From: a virus
DNA length: 38,076 nt
IMG/VR virus record: IMGVR_UViG_3300022750_000008
Location: 1 to 38,076 of that record
Direction: 5' to 3' (one strand)
The notes under the pieces were generated by a model. The model had not been told where the DNA came from. It did not search any database and worked only from the letters and a program-made list of their open reading frames with translations. Numbering within the stretch: the stretch's first letter is position 1; each line of letters starts with the position of its first letter. The position numbers and the translations under genes were made by a program. This document shows positions 21,759 through 30,670 of the stretch, piece after piece.

Positions 21759-24572
21759 TTATCTTTTTATTAGAATTGAGTAGTTCAAATTATTAGTGCC
21801 ACTTACAGGCGCAACGGTATAGTTTATTACAATATTTGTAGTTCCTATCGTGGCAAATGTTATACCGGCACTAGCAGCGTTCAAAGGCTGAACTATAACC
21901 TTGCTTGATGCGGTAACTCCCGTTAAGCCATGAGGTATAGTTATTGATGTCAATATACCATTTCCACTAGCTAAATAGTTTTCAAATGGTAAATCACCAA
22001 GTCTTAAAGCACTTGTTTGAGTTGTTGGGTCAACAGATAACTGCAGCTCACCATTATTGTTAAACTGACCTTTCATTACACCGCCTTTATCCCACCTAGC
22101 TATTAAACCTGTAGAGCTACCACCGATATTAGTATAAGTTCCGTGAGCAGAAGTAGTTCCGTTATTTTCAACAGTAAAAGCAAAATCGTTATTCGATGAT
22201 GCATTTATTAAAGCTACTTTTGTAGTTGAGTTCCCTTGCTGCATTGTTTCATCCCATGTTGGATTAGATAATGCTTTTGCTAATATTTGACCTTTACCAC
22301 TTCCTATATTACCGCTTATCACTAATTGCCTATAAGCACCAGAAGAAAATTCATTTGGATTGGCTTCTATGGAACCCCCGTTTGGAGCAATTCTAACAAT
22401 ATTCCCAACATTAGAACCTATTGAAATATTTTTAGGTGTATTTGTTTTTCTGTCATAAGCGTTTAAAAAACCTGTATTTGCAGAATATATAATCTCTATC
22501 CCCTCATCTGGTATAGATGGCAGCTCTGCGCCTGTTACAAATGAACCATTAGAAGAAACCGTTTTAAAGGATTGGTTCTCATTACCGAAAAGTACGCTAG
22601 ATTTTGTAGATACCAATTTTGCTATTTCGTAATTACCAAGATTGTTCCAATGCAACCAATCAGAGCGTAATGACCACGCCATGTAGCCAGCAGCATGAGA
22701 ATTAACATCTAAAGTTAATGATGGATTAAAAATCTGGAACATACCAGATTGCATATCTACAAAATGGTTTCCATAAATAGTAGCAATTTCAGCATTTAAA
22801 ACATCAATACCAGATTGATCGAAAGGTACAGATGCTTTTATTATACCAAGTACCAAGTATCTATCGGTAGTTAATTTAGATACCATTTCGGCAATGTCTG
22901 CCTTTACCGTTGTTGGGTCTGTCCAATTGTTTCTGCCAGCCCAAATTACAACAGGTCTATTCCAAGCCTCTTTATCCAAAAGAAATCTATCCTTTATCTG
23001 TGTTGAAGTTTCTCCGCTAACACCTCTATTAAGAAAGTTTACATTATTCCTTTTTGCAAATTCAGCAGGAAATGTGGCGTCACCCGTAGAGTTCTGACCC
23101 TCCGTTAAACTATCCCCATAAAAATAAACGGTATATGGCGAGGTGTTAACCAAAGACCAATAAGACAGCGTTAAATCAGACACATAGGCTTCATTGAGAT
23201 TATAGTTGGAACTGTATATTACACCAGCTTCTAAAACCACCTCTCCATTGTCATAATATCCAGCGCCAGAATATGCGCCCCTATAAAACCCAATCTTTAC
23301 CCAATTAGGCGAAATCAAAAGGCTAGGGTCTGTAGAATTGTTTGTAAGACATTTATATGCATAATCTCCAACAGTAACTATATCGTCAACAACATAGCTA
23401 CCAGCAGACCAAACACCTAAAAAGTTACCTTCAATTTCATTCCACGGCTTATTGCCTAAAGTATAGGTATATTTTGATATGCTTTTGCCTATGCCTTCGT
23501 TAACTATAGCTTCATCACCATAGTTAAGTGGCTCTGTAAATACGTTTGACCTAAGATCGTCTAGGGATGTAAAGTTGCCTCTAAAATTAGATATGCTCGA
23601 TGCATCAACCTGCATAACCTCTCCACCAGTTCCATAGGTTAACAGTTTAGGTGTAGATGAAGGGTCTGTTGTTGGGGATGTTATTAATTTTACACCTAAA
23701 GCCCCGCTTAGATTAACCCAATAACCATCTAACGTAATATCACCGCCATTCTCGTTTTTTATAAAGGCATCAGATCCCGCCAAATCTCCATCAGAATATG
23801 CGTGAAGAGTACTTCCTATGCTGAAACCCTTTGTATTACCAGAGCCGGCTCTTATCTGATCGTTAACAGAAATAAAGCCAATTTGAGGGCTTGATGGGTT
23901 TAACCTTACGTATATGCTAAGATCAATTGATTGCCCATCGCCTGCGCTAAAAAGATAAGCAGAACCAGTGCCATCGGCGGGAACGTAAATGCTGTCAACC
24001 TCAATAGTGTCTACTGGTAATGTAGGCTTTACGGGCGAACCACTTGGAGAGCCTGCTAAATAAAGTATATCGCCATTCGTATCTGCGTAAATAGTATCAA
24101 TCCTATCTGAACCAACCTCTGGAGCGTCATAATTAATTACGGTTGGAATTGCTTTTGAATAGATAACATTACCTATTGCCCAACTTCCAGAAGTTACGTT
24201 AACCGATAAAGTATCTAAGAATAATTGTGTTCTTAATCCTGTTATGATGCCATTTTGGAAAGTTATTCCCAAAGGCAGAACATCCTGTATAACCCAATTT
24301 GTAGTTGTCTTTCTCCAAATGGTTATTGAAGAACCTCCGTTTGTCTGCTGGTAAACATCTCCCTCTACGCCATTTGCATCATTGGGATTTGCCGTCCCGT
24401 TATAGAAAGTAAAATTATTTATAGCCTCAATAAACGGTGTTAATGCGTTAAGGTTTTCTATAATGTTATTGCCTACATCGGCAGGATCGATACTATTAAC
24501 GGTATCCTTCCCAACAATATCGGTATTTACCGCATCATTTCGGCTTGTCTTGGTTGCTTCAAATCCTGTCAT
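21759..24572 (-). CDS. Tail fibre / receptor-binding protein with an internal SGNH esterase domain
   Basis: 937 aa, last large gene of the tail module. Block I FYGDSLTEG, block II RGVSGETS, block III WAGRNN and block V DWLHWNN fall at about nt 22640-23135. Confidence 0.7.
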   Translation of the reverse strand: MTGFEATKTSRNDAVNTDIVGKDTVNSIDPADVGNNIIENLNALTPFIEAINNFTFYNGTANPNDANGVEGDVYQQTNGGSSITIWRKTTTNWVIQDVLPLGITFQNGIITGLRTQLFLDTLSVNVTSGSWAIGNVIYSKAIPTVINYDAPEVGSDRIDTIYADTNGDILYLAGSPSGSPVKPTLPVDTIEVDSIYVPADGTGSAYLFSAGDGQSIDLSIYVRLNPSSPQIGFISVNDQIRAGSGNTKGFSIGSTLHAYSDGDLAGSDAFIKNENGGDITLDGYWVNLSGALGVKLITSPTTDPSSTPKLLTYGTGGEVMQVDASSISNFRGNFTSLDDLRSNVFTEPLNYGDEAIVNEGIGKSISKYTYTLGNKPWNEIEGNFLGVWSAGSYVVDDIVTVGDYAYKCLTNNSTDPSLLISPNWVKIGFYRGAYSGAGYYDNGEVVLEAGVIYSSNYNLNEAYVSDLTLSYWSLVNTSPYTVYFYGDSLTEGQNSTGDATFPAEFAKRNNVNFLNRGVSGETSTQIKDRFLLDKEAWNRPVVIWAGRNNWTDPTTVKADIAEMVSKLTTDRYLVLGIIKASVPFDQSGIDVLNAEIATIYGNHFVDMQSGMFQIFNPSLTLDVNSHAAGYMAWSLRSDWLHWNNLGNYEIAKLVSTKSSVLFGNENQSFKTVSSNGSFVTGAELPSIPDEGIEIIYSANTGFLNAYDRKTNTPKNISIGSNVGNIVRIAPNGGSIEANPNEFSSGAYRQLVISGNIGSGKGQILAKALSNPTWDETMQQGNSTTKVALINASSNNDFAFTVENNGTTSAHGTYTNIGGSSTGLIARWDKGGVMKGQFNNNGELQLSVDPTTQTSALRLGDLPFENYLASGNGILTSITIPHGLTGVTASSKVIVQPLNAASAGITFATIGTTNIVINYTVAPVSGTNNLNYSILIKR

Positions 24573-27073
24573 TATCTAAATTCTGGAGTAAATTCTTCCG
24601 TAAATATACCATTTATTTTTATTGGCGGATTAGGATTTTGAATAATTGGAGGTAAACCATTATCACCACCAACACCTATATCAGGCTTTGTATAATCATT
24701 GCTTATAATTGATTTGCTGAATGTTTCTACCAATACGCCCGTAGCTTCATTTAGCTTATCATCAAAATCAACGTCCTGCCACATGAATATCTTTGAGCTG
24801 AACTCTGGTTTATTAGGTACTATTATATTGAAAGTATCATAATAACTTAGATTAGCACCACGTATTGTTAAGTTAATCCTATCGTAAGGTATTTGATAAT
24901 TACGTAATATAGACCTTGCCAAAGCTAGGCCAATTGGTGATGGCGTTCCGCTTTCTCCAAACTCATACCAATTGCCAGCAGCAGAATTATCTGGATTGTA
25001 AATGGTCTGTAACTGTTTTTGTGGAGCGTTTGACGGATCTACGTTACCACGTGGCGGCCTTGTAGGGTCAAAAGAACCCGTAACGGATAACGGGTCAAAA
25101 CCGCCCTGTATAAATTCGCCCCAGATAATCGATATTTCTTCTGGCTTATTGGTATAGAAACCGTTTTGGGCAGATACATTTAATATTCCCTTAGTTCGTT
25201 TTTCATCTGGAACGGTAGAAGTAATTGCAATATTATCAATAGAAATGGGCGTGTATTCGTCTACCTCGTAATAAGTTATTACAGTACCGCCAACACCGTT
25301 TTCCGCTCCCCTTGTCGGTCTACCCCCACCAGGAACAGGCGAACCGCTGTTAACCCCTATAAGTTTTGTAAACCCGTAGAACTGGACTATCATGTCGCCA
25401 CTTACGGGTATTGATGGTATTTCTATAGATATTGCAAAACTAAGTATGTCACCCGTTCTATTTTCAACCCTAATAGTTGTAGTAGCTAATTGTGTAACCC
25501 ATTCGAAAACTCCGTTGTCGTTTGTTAGATAGAATTGTCCAACCTTGAAACGAACCTTAAAATCATAAAGCCCATCGGTCTTGCCTATATTCAATGATAG
25601 TTTAGCAGTTTGCCCTTTGTTCATCCATACAGGCGAATTTTCTAACCATTTGCCAGCATTGGCACGCTCATTAAATTGGCAAGCATAATCTGGAATTGGT
25701 ATCTTAACACCACCGCTTGCAATTATCTCTTTTTGAACCCTGCTTATGCCTATAGCTCCGTAACGTGTCCAATATCTAAAGTTCTGCCCATCCCAATCCT
25801 CGAAGTTGCCGTTAAATATAACATCTGGCGAACGTCCGAACTCCTGCAATACCCTAACCATTTTATAAGGTGGTTGTATAGATAGATTTGCATCACCATT
25901 TATTATAACGCAATCAGCATTTCTATTCCCCAAATTCCTAATTGTTGCCAAAGAACCGCCAATCTTAAATCTTGCGGTATAATCATAAAGCCTATATCTT
26001 GCAAATCCTTTTGATAGTTCGGTAATCCTTCCAAATCTCCATTGGCCGTTAACCTGTGAAATAGACGCCCCGAACTGCTTACATACCGCGTCTAAGGCTT
26101 CATAGCAGGTGTAAATATCACCGCTACTATTTGTCATTCTAAGGGGACTAACAGAACCCTGTTCTAATGGGTCGTTATCAATACCGTTTATCATTCCTGA
26201 CGAATAGATATTAACAATAGTCATTATATCAAGGTTAAGATTTGTCTTAGCCAATGCAAAAGCTATTATATGAAGGAATTTCTGTCTAATATCTGTAGAA
26301 CTTCCAACAGGTACAGGATAGGTGATTGTTTTGAGCGCACCAAGTCCATCGGTAGCTCGTATCGTAACTGGATATGGCGCAACCTTAAATGGCTCTTCCG
26401 AATTATCTGGAATTATGAAACCGCTAAAATTGACTGTATTCGTAGCTACATCGTAAATATCCAATCTATACTCCCTTTCATCTGCTGTATAGATATTTCT
26501 CAATTGAAAACTATCCGTTGCTATAAATGAAAGCTCAACCTCTTGCGCTCTTATTGTTGTAAATTTATCATCACCAGCCGAATAATAACGTTTAACAGGA
26601 CTAGCGTCACCTAACTCTATCTCAAATGCTGGGTCTGTATGGTTACGTTTAAATATTCGCGCTACGTTCGCAACTCCTTTAATATCGCAATAGTTCAAAA
26701 AAGCATATTCGCCATAAGGCGCTGTACCAAATGGGTTATCTGGAACGGCTGGAGTTGGTAATGGCTCTAAATATCCACAACTTGGATCGTTTAAGGTTGT
26801 GTTTGTAGTAGCGAATGGACTTGTTCTGCTTGCCTTAACATGGTAACGTGTAAAGGTTTGAGTATTACAGAAGCTAGAAATGTCGTTTCCTTCTTGATAT
26901 GGATAATTGTTCGACTTGTAATCATCAATACTATTAAGGTTTATTGATGGCTTACCTGGTACATCTTCACGGGTTACAATGCCGTTTTCATCTACATAAA
27001 CATTGGCGTAACGTTTGCTTGCAAGAAAGCCAGAAGGTTTAACCCAAAACTGAAGAATGAAGTTCTTTGCCAT
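24572..27073 (-). CDS. Distal tail / baseplate-hub structural protein (Dit/Tal position)
   Basis: 833 aa from ATG 27073 (the tracked start at 27079 is a TTG). First structural gene after the tape measure. Its TAA overlaps the next ATG. Confidence 0.65.
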   Translation of the reverse strand: MAKNFILQFWVKPSGFLASKRYANVYVDENGIVTREDVPGKPSINLNSIDDYKSNNYPYQEGNDISSFCNTQTFTRYHVKASRTSPFATTNTTLNDPSCGYLEPLPTPAVPDNPFGTAPYGEYAFLNYCDIKGVANVARIFKRNHTDPAFEIELGDASPVKRYYSAGDDKFTTIRAQEVELSFIATDSFQLRNIYTADEREYRLDIYDVATNTVNFSGFIIPDNSEEPFKVAPYPVTIRATDGLGALKTITYPVPVGSSTDIRQKFLHIIAFALAKTNLNLDIMTIVNIYSSGMINGIDNDPLEQGSVSPLRMTNSSGDIYTCYEALDAVCKQFGASISQVNGQWRFGRITELSKGFARYRLYDYTARFKIGGSLATIRNLGNRNADCVIINGDANLSIQPPYKMVRVLQEFGRSPDVIFNGNFEDWDGQNFRYWTRYGAIGISRVQKEIIASGGVKIPIPDYACQFNERANAGKWLENSPVWMNKGQTAKLSLNIGKTDGLYDFKVRFKVGQFYLTNDNGVFEWVTQLATTTIRVENRTGDILSFAISIEIPSIPVSGDMIVQFYGFTKLIGVNSGSPVPGGGRPTRGAENGVGGTVITYYEVDEYTPISIDNIAITSTVPDEKRTKGILNVSAQNGFYTNKPEEISIIWGEFIQGGFDPLSVTGSFDPTRPPRGNVDPSNAPQKQLQTIYNPDNSAAGNWYEFGESGTPSPIGLALARSILRNYQIPYDRINLTIRGANLSYYDTFNIIVPNKPEFSSKIFMWQDVDFDDKLNEATGVLVETFSKSIISNDYTKPDIGVGGDNGLPPIIQNPNPPIKINGIFTEEFTPEFR

Positions 27074-27076
27074 GTT

Positions 27077-27084
27077 CAAATGTA
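27077..27084 (-). promoter_or_regulatory. -7-type box TACATTTG, 3 nt upstream of ATG 27073
   Basis: Minus strand reads GGTTACATTTGaacATGgca. Confidence 0.4.
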
Positions 27085-27119
27085 ACCATAATGTTGCAAA
27101 AAGTGAAATAGATATTTTG

Positions 27120-27127
27120 TAGGTTTG
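27120..27127 (+). promoter_or_regulatory. -7-type box TAGGTTTG, 25 nt upstream of the plus-strand YopX ATG
   Basis: ttgTAGGTTTGggttcac on the plus strand. Confidence 0.35.
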
Positions 27128-27152
27128 GGTTCACTTAAAAATAACGAAAAAA

Positions 27153-27566
27153 ATGGAATTAAAAATTAGAGTATGGGCTTCAAATGATAAATATCCTAGT
27201 GGAGCAATGTTTTATCCAGAACATGATGCAAATCCTTTTATGTTAAATATGCATGGAGATTTATTAAATGCAAATCAAAAAGCAGCACATAATTATGATT
27301 GTACTTTTGCAAGGATAGGATGGAATGAAATTGATAAAATGTTATTTACACAAAAGTTAGATATTTTTAATAAAGAAATATATATAAATGATATTATACA
27401 ATTTAATATACCTATGCTAGGTAAAATGTTTAAAGGTGTTGTTTCGTTTTACGATGGTTCTTTTTGCGTAATAGTTAATAATATGAAAGGGGACTTGCCG
27501 TTTGGCGCAATTGATAAAATAACTATTTTAGGTAATATTCACGAAAATAAAGAATTAATCCGCTAA
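27153..27566 (+). CDS. YopX family protein (second copy, opposite strand inside the tail module)
   Basis: 137 aa: LKIRVW..., FNKEIYINDIIQF, ITILGNIHENKELI. Confidence 0.75.
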   Translation: MELKIRVWASNDKYPSGAMFYPEHDANPFMLNMHGDLLNANQKAAHNYDCTFARIGWNEIDKMLFTQKLDIFNKEIYINDIIQFNIPMLGKMFKGVVSFYDGSFCVIVNNMKGDLPFGAIDKITILGNIHENKELIR

Positions 27567-27591
27567 GTTTGTCGTTATTCTTAGCGATGAT

Positions 27592-27626
27592 AGCCGACAC
27601 ATATTAATTTATGGTCGGCTTTTTTA
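27592..27626 (+). terminator. Rho-independent-type terminator AGCCGAC-N15-GTCGGCT + TTTTTT
   Basis: Read directly after the YopX stop. A second hairpin CGCTAAG/CTTAGCG lies at 27561-27586. Confidence 0.7.
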
Positions 27627-29498
27627 TTACCTTAATCTTTTTCTAACGCTCACTTGATCGTCAATAACCATAAGCAAATCACGACCACTAGCCCTAAACT
27701 CACCATTAAGCGTTATCGTATCGCCTCCTCTTCGCATCATACCCATACTACGGTTATTAGGTATAACATCGCTACCTTTTGGAAGGTTAACCAATTCGGG
27801 GCCACGTTCGCCAACTAAGGCTAAACCGCCACCGAAATTATTTACACCGTTTGCAAAGCCGGGGATTTCCCTTTTACTATTTGATTTTCCTTTTTTACCT
27901 TTATTGGCGGTACTTAAAGCACCTCCCAAAACAGATATTCCAGCACCTGCCGCAATCATTCCAGCACCACCCGCTATATTACCCGATCCAGAACCTGGAA
28001 GAATTAAGTTCTTCGCTATACCGTAACCTATTTGAGCAATACCTTCTTTGATAAACATCTGTCCTAATTGACCCAAAAAGTTAGCAAAGGCACTCAACAA
28101 TGCGTTACCAAATGCATCTATTGCACTTGTTCCGTCTGCTAATGCAACTCCTATTTGACTGAAAGCCTCGGCAAGTCCAGACCCTATTGCGGTGTTACCA
28201 AGACTTCTTATGCTTTCGTTAAACCTATCTGTACTGAAAGAGGCCTCCTGCATTAACTTTACATAAGCAGATAGACCTTTTGGCTGTGTTAGGTTTTCGG
28301 TTACGCTTATCGCTCCCAAACCCTGTAATTCAGTTCCAGTACCAGTTTTAATTGGTAAGGCACTTATACTTCTTATTTTTCTTTGTTCGGCTAATTTCTT
28401 TTCTGCTGCGCCAATGTTACCAGTTAATATTGCGCCTTTTGTTAGGTCTACGTTAATAGACTTTAATAGTTGTTGGCTATTTTCGTTTAACTTGTTAATG
28501 TCGGTTACTAAATCACGTCTAGCCTTAATATTATTATTTACGACTATCTGAGCTTTTGCAAATGCAAATTCTGAAGTTGTATTTGTAGAAACGCCAACCG
28601 TTGTAAGCGATGCGTTATCTGGATTTCTCCTTTTAGCTGCTAAATCTAGTTCTTTTTGGTTTTTTAACTGTTGTTTCTGAAGGTCGATTAACTTCTGTTC
28701 CTGCTCTAGCTTCCTTGTTTCGTTTTTAGCGATTAAATCAACTGCTGCTCTAGCCCTACCACTTGCGAGGATTGATTGCGTTAACTCATCATAAGCCGCC
28801 CTAGTTTTATCGCTTGCCTCTTTTTCAAACTTAAGGTTACCAAAATAAGCAGGGTAAGAAGATTGTAATTGTTTATAGGCTGTTTGCCTTGCCTTTAATG
28901 GTAGATTTGCGTTCTGATAAGCCGAGTATAAAACTTTAAGTTCTGTTATCTCCTTAGTTGTATTCTGATTGCCTATTAATTGGGCTTGTACAACTTGGTT
29001 TAAAGTCTCAAGATAATCATCCCCAGACTTTTTAACGTCATCTATATTATTCTTAGCACCTTTTAAAGACTTACCCCAATAATCAGTACCAACCTGCAAG
29101 AATGTTAAAGCCGATATAATCCCGCTAAAAGCCAGACCCAATGCCCCACTAGCAGGTATTAATTGGGTTAAATTGTTCTGAATACCCGTAAAACCAAACG
29201 GCAAATCTTGTAATACACGTCCTAATTCTAAATATGTGTTCTTTGATTTAGATCCCGCAACAGCCGCCTGAGCCAATGATTTTGAAACGGAGTTAGATGC
29301 GGTTGATATAGACTTACTAGCCCTGCCCATTGATTTATCAATGTCGTTAGCCAGTTCCGCAAAATTACGGTCAATCTTTGATAAAGAAGCTTTTGTGTTT
29401 TTGTCTAGGTTATTTGTTTCCCTAATCGCTTTATTAAAAGCGTCCCTAAGTCCATCAATCTTAGCTGTTATTTCTACCGATAATTGAGGATTAGCCAT
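27627..29498 (-). CDS. Tail tape measure protein
   Basis: 623 aa, alpha-helical and Ala/Gly/Gln-rich with Gly-rich hydrophobic stretches. Sits directly downstream of the chaperone pair. Confidence 0.85.
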   Translation of the reverse strand: MANPQLSVEITAKIDGLRDAFNKAIRETNNLDKNTKASLSKIDRNFAELANDIDKSMGRASKSISTASNSVSKSLAQAAVAGSKSKNTYLELGRVLQDLPFGFTGIQNNLTQLIPASGALGLAFSGIISALTFLQVGTDYWGKSLKGAKNNIDDVKKSGDDYLETLNQVVQAQLIGNQNTTKEITELKVLYSAYQNANLPLKARQTAYKQLQSSYPAYFGNLKFEKEASDKTRAAYDELTQSILASGRARAAVDLIAKNETRKLEQEQKLIDLQKQQLKNQKELDLAAKRRNPDNASLTTVGVSTNTTSEFAFAKAQIVVNNNIKARRDLVTDINKLNENSQQLLKSINVDLTKGAILTGNIGAAEKKLAEQRKIRSISALPIKTGTGTELQGLGAISVTENLTQPKGLSAYVKLMQEASFSTDRFNESIRSLGNTAIGSGLAEAFSQIGVALADGTSAIDAFGNALLSAFANFLGQLGQMFIKEGIAQIGYGIAKNLILPGSGSGNIAGGAGMIAAGAGISVLGGALSTANKGKKGKSNSKREIPGFANGVNNFGGGLALVGERGPELVNLPKGSDVIPNNRSMGMMRRGGDTITLNGEFRASGRDLLMVIDDQVSVRKRLR

Positions 29499-30167
29499 GT
29501 TTCTTTTTACCTAAACTTCTAAAAATAGCATCGAAATGCTCTAATTGTTTTTTGCTTGGAAGTTTCAACTTCTTAACATTGTGTTCTCCCTCTATAGGCC
29601 ACCAAATGTTTTTCTTTGGAGGTTTATCTGCCCATCCGCAAATGATATTATAATTCAATTCCCTTTGGAAGTACTCTTCACGTTTTAGCTTTTCTTTTTG
29701 CCCAACGCACATATTAACATACTCACGATGGCTAATCTTTGCAAATGTGTCTGGGTTAAGTCCTAATTGAGAATAGGCAAAAGCCTTAACCTGTTCCCAA
29801 TCATCTACTTTTTGCTTGACTTTTTTTTTGTTTCCCCAATGGTTTTAAGCCTATCCATCATTTCCTTTACAGGCTTGCTACTCTCCCAAACATCAAAAAT
29901 CTTTTTCTGCAAATCTGCATCCAAAAGTAACTGTTCTGATATATCGTAGGCATCAGCCCATGAGGGTCTATTTTCTTCAACTACATCCGCATGATTGCAA
30001 AGTCCAGAGTAAACAACATTGATAAACATATCTATATTGTTCAATTCTTCGCCATTATGTAGATTGGTATGGTGTATTGATTTCTGCTCTAAAATACGAA
30101 CCGAAGTCATGCCAAAACGTAATGAGTGTTTAACGCCTTCTAATTCGAAATCTATCTTGTTACTCAT
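29491..30167 (-). CDS. Tail assembly chaperone -1 frameshift fusion product (lambda GT analogue)
   Basis: The -1 frame entered at 29820-29826 is open (VKQKVDDWEQVKAFAYSQLGLNPDTFAKISHREYVN) into tracked ORF 29491..29712, which overlaps the tape measure start. Confidence 0.7.
29805..30167 (-). CDS. Tail assembly chaperone (lambda G analogue)
   Basis: 120 aa between the tail proteins and the tape measure; ends 5 codons after an A AAA AAG slippery site. Confidence 0.75.
   Translation of the reverse strand: MSNKIDFELEGVKHSLRFGMTSVRILEQKSIHHTNLHNGEELNNIDMFINVVYSGLCNHADVVEENRPSWADAYDISEQLLLDADLQKKIFDVWESSKPVKEMMDRLKTIGETKKKSSKK
29820..29826 (-). other. Slippery heptamer A AAA AAG (programmed -1 ribosomal frameshift site)
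   Basis: Minus strand reads gaa aca aaa aaa aag tca. A run of nine A spans 29821-29829, in the correct zero-frame phase. Confidence 0.7.
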
Positions 30168-30170
30168 AAA

Positions 30171-30611
30171 CTATGGATAAATTCTAAATTCAATAGCTGT
30201 ATCTAGCAATAAAGCATCAGCGTTAACGTCAGCTCCCAAATCAACGGTTTTAATTACGATAACTCCAGATTGATACGCAAATGTGATTAAAGCCTTATCC
30301 GAGAACGGCGCATTAGTGCCTCCTACCAACCAGGTTTTAGCTAATGTTGGAGGTGTGTTTGGGGTTAAAGTGTAATAACCTGCGCCTGTTCTTGCCGGAG
30401 TAAACGTTAAACCCGTATCGTTCTGCAATATGGTTACTACAGGAGCTGAAGTTCCTGTTTGAGATATTGTAGCGATTAAAGAGGTATAAGGAGTTTTATC
30501 GTACAAAGCATTAACACTTGTCTTAATCTCGTTTGCATCTGCCGCAGATATTCTCCCTGCTGCAGTTGCTCCACTATTTTCTACTTTCGTAGCATATGCT
30601 ATTTTAGCCAT
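30171..30611 (-). CDS. Virion structural protein candidate (fibre-like N-terminus) between the major tail and chaperone genes
   Basis: 146 aa. The N-terminus resembles fibre/collar N-termini; the rest is beta-rich. Confidence 0.45.
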   Translation of the reverse strand: MAKIAYATKVENSGATAAGRISAADANEIKTSVNALYDKTPYTSLIATISQTGTSAPVVTILQNDTGLTFTPARTGAGYYTLTPNTPPTLAKTWLVGGTNAPFSDKALITFAYQSGVIVIKTVDLGADVNADALLLDTAIEFRIYP

Positions 30612-30640
30612 TTTCTAGTTAGTTTATAATGTTATCGGAA

Positions 30641-30670
30641 GTGCCGCTGGTAAACTATTTAGCGGCGCAC
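30641..30670 (-). terminator. GC-rich stem-loop (GTGCCGCT / AGCGGCGCAC, one bulge) at the 3' end of the major tail gene
   Basis: Inverted repeat overlapping the stop codon. Confidence 0.4.

Noticed and set aside
21185-21900. Diversity-generating retroelement (template/variable repeat) between the similar C-termini of the 937-aa and 172-aa proteins
   Set aside because: The similarity exists only at the protein level; the DNA sequences are not near-identical. There is no reverse transcriptase gene in the genome.
22894-23097. Plus-strand ORFs inside large structural genes (22894..23097, 25676..25885, 26270..26530, 27851..28051, 29767..29949, 30839..31102, 32840..33091, 19898..20092)
   Set aside because: Each lies wholly inside a long minus-strand gene with clear structural or enzymatic motifs. 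No start-site features support them.
29491-29712. The 73-aa ORF as an independent gene
   Set aside because: It has no promoter box or coupling to the upstream stop. Its frame is open for 36 codons upstream to a phased A AAA AAG site, so a frameshift extension of the chaperone is the better reading.
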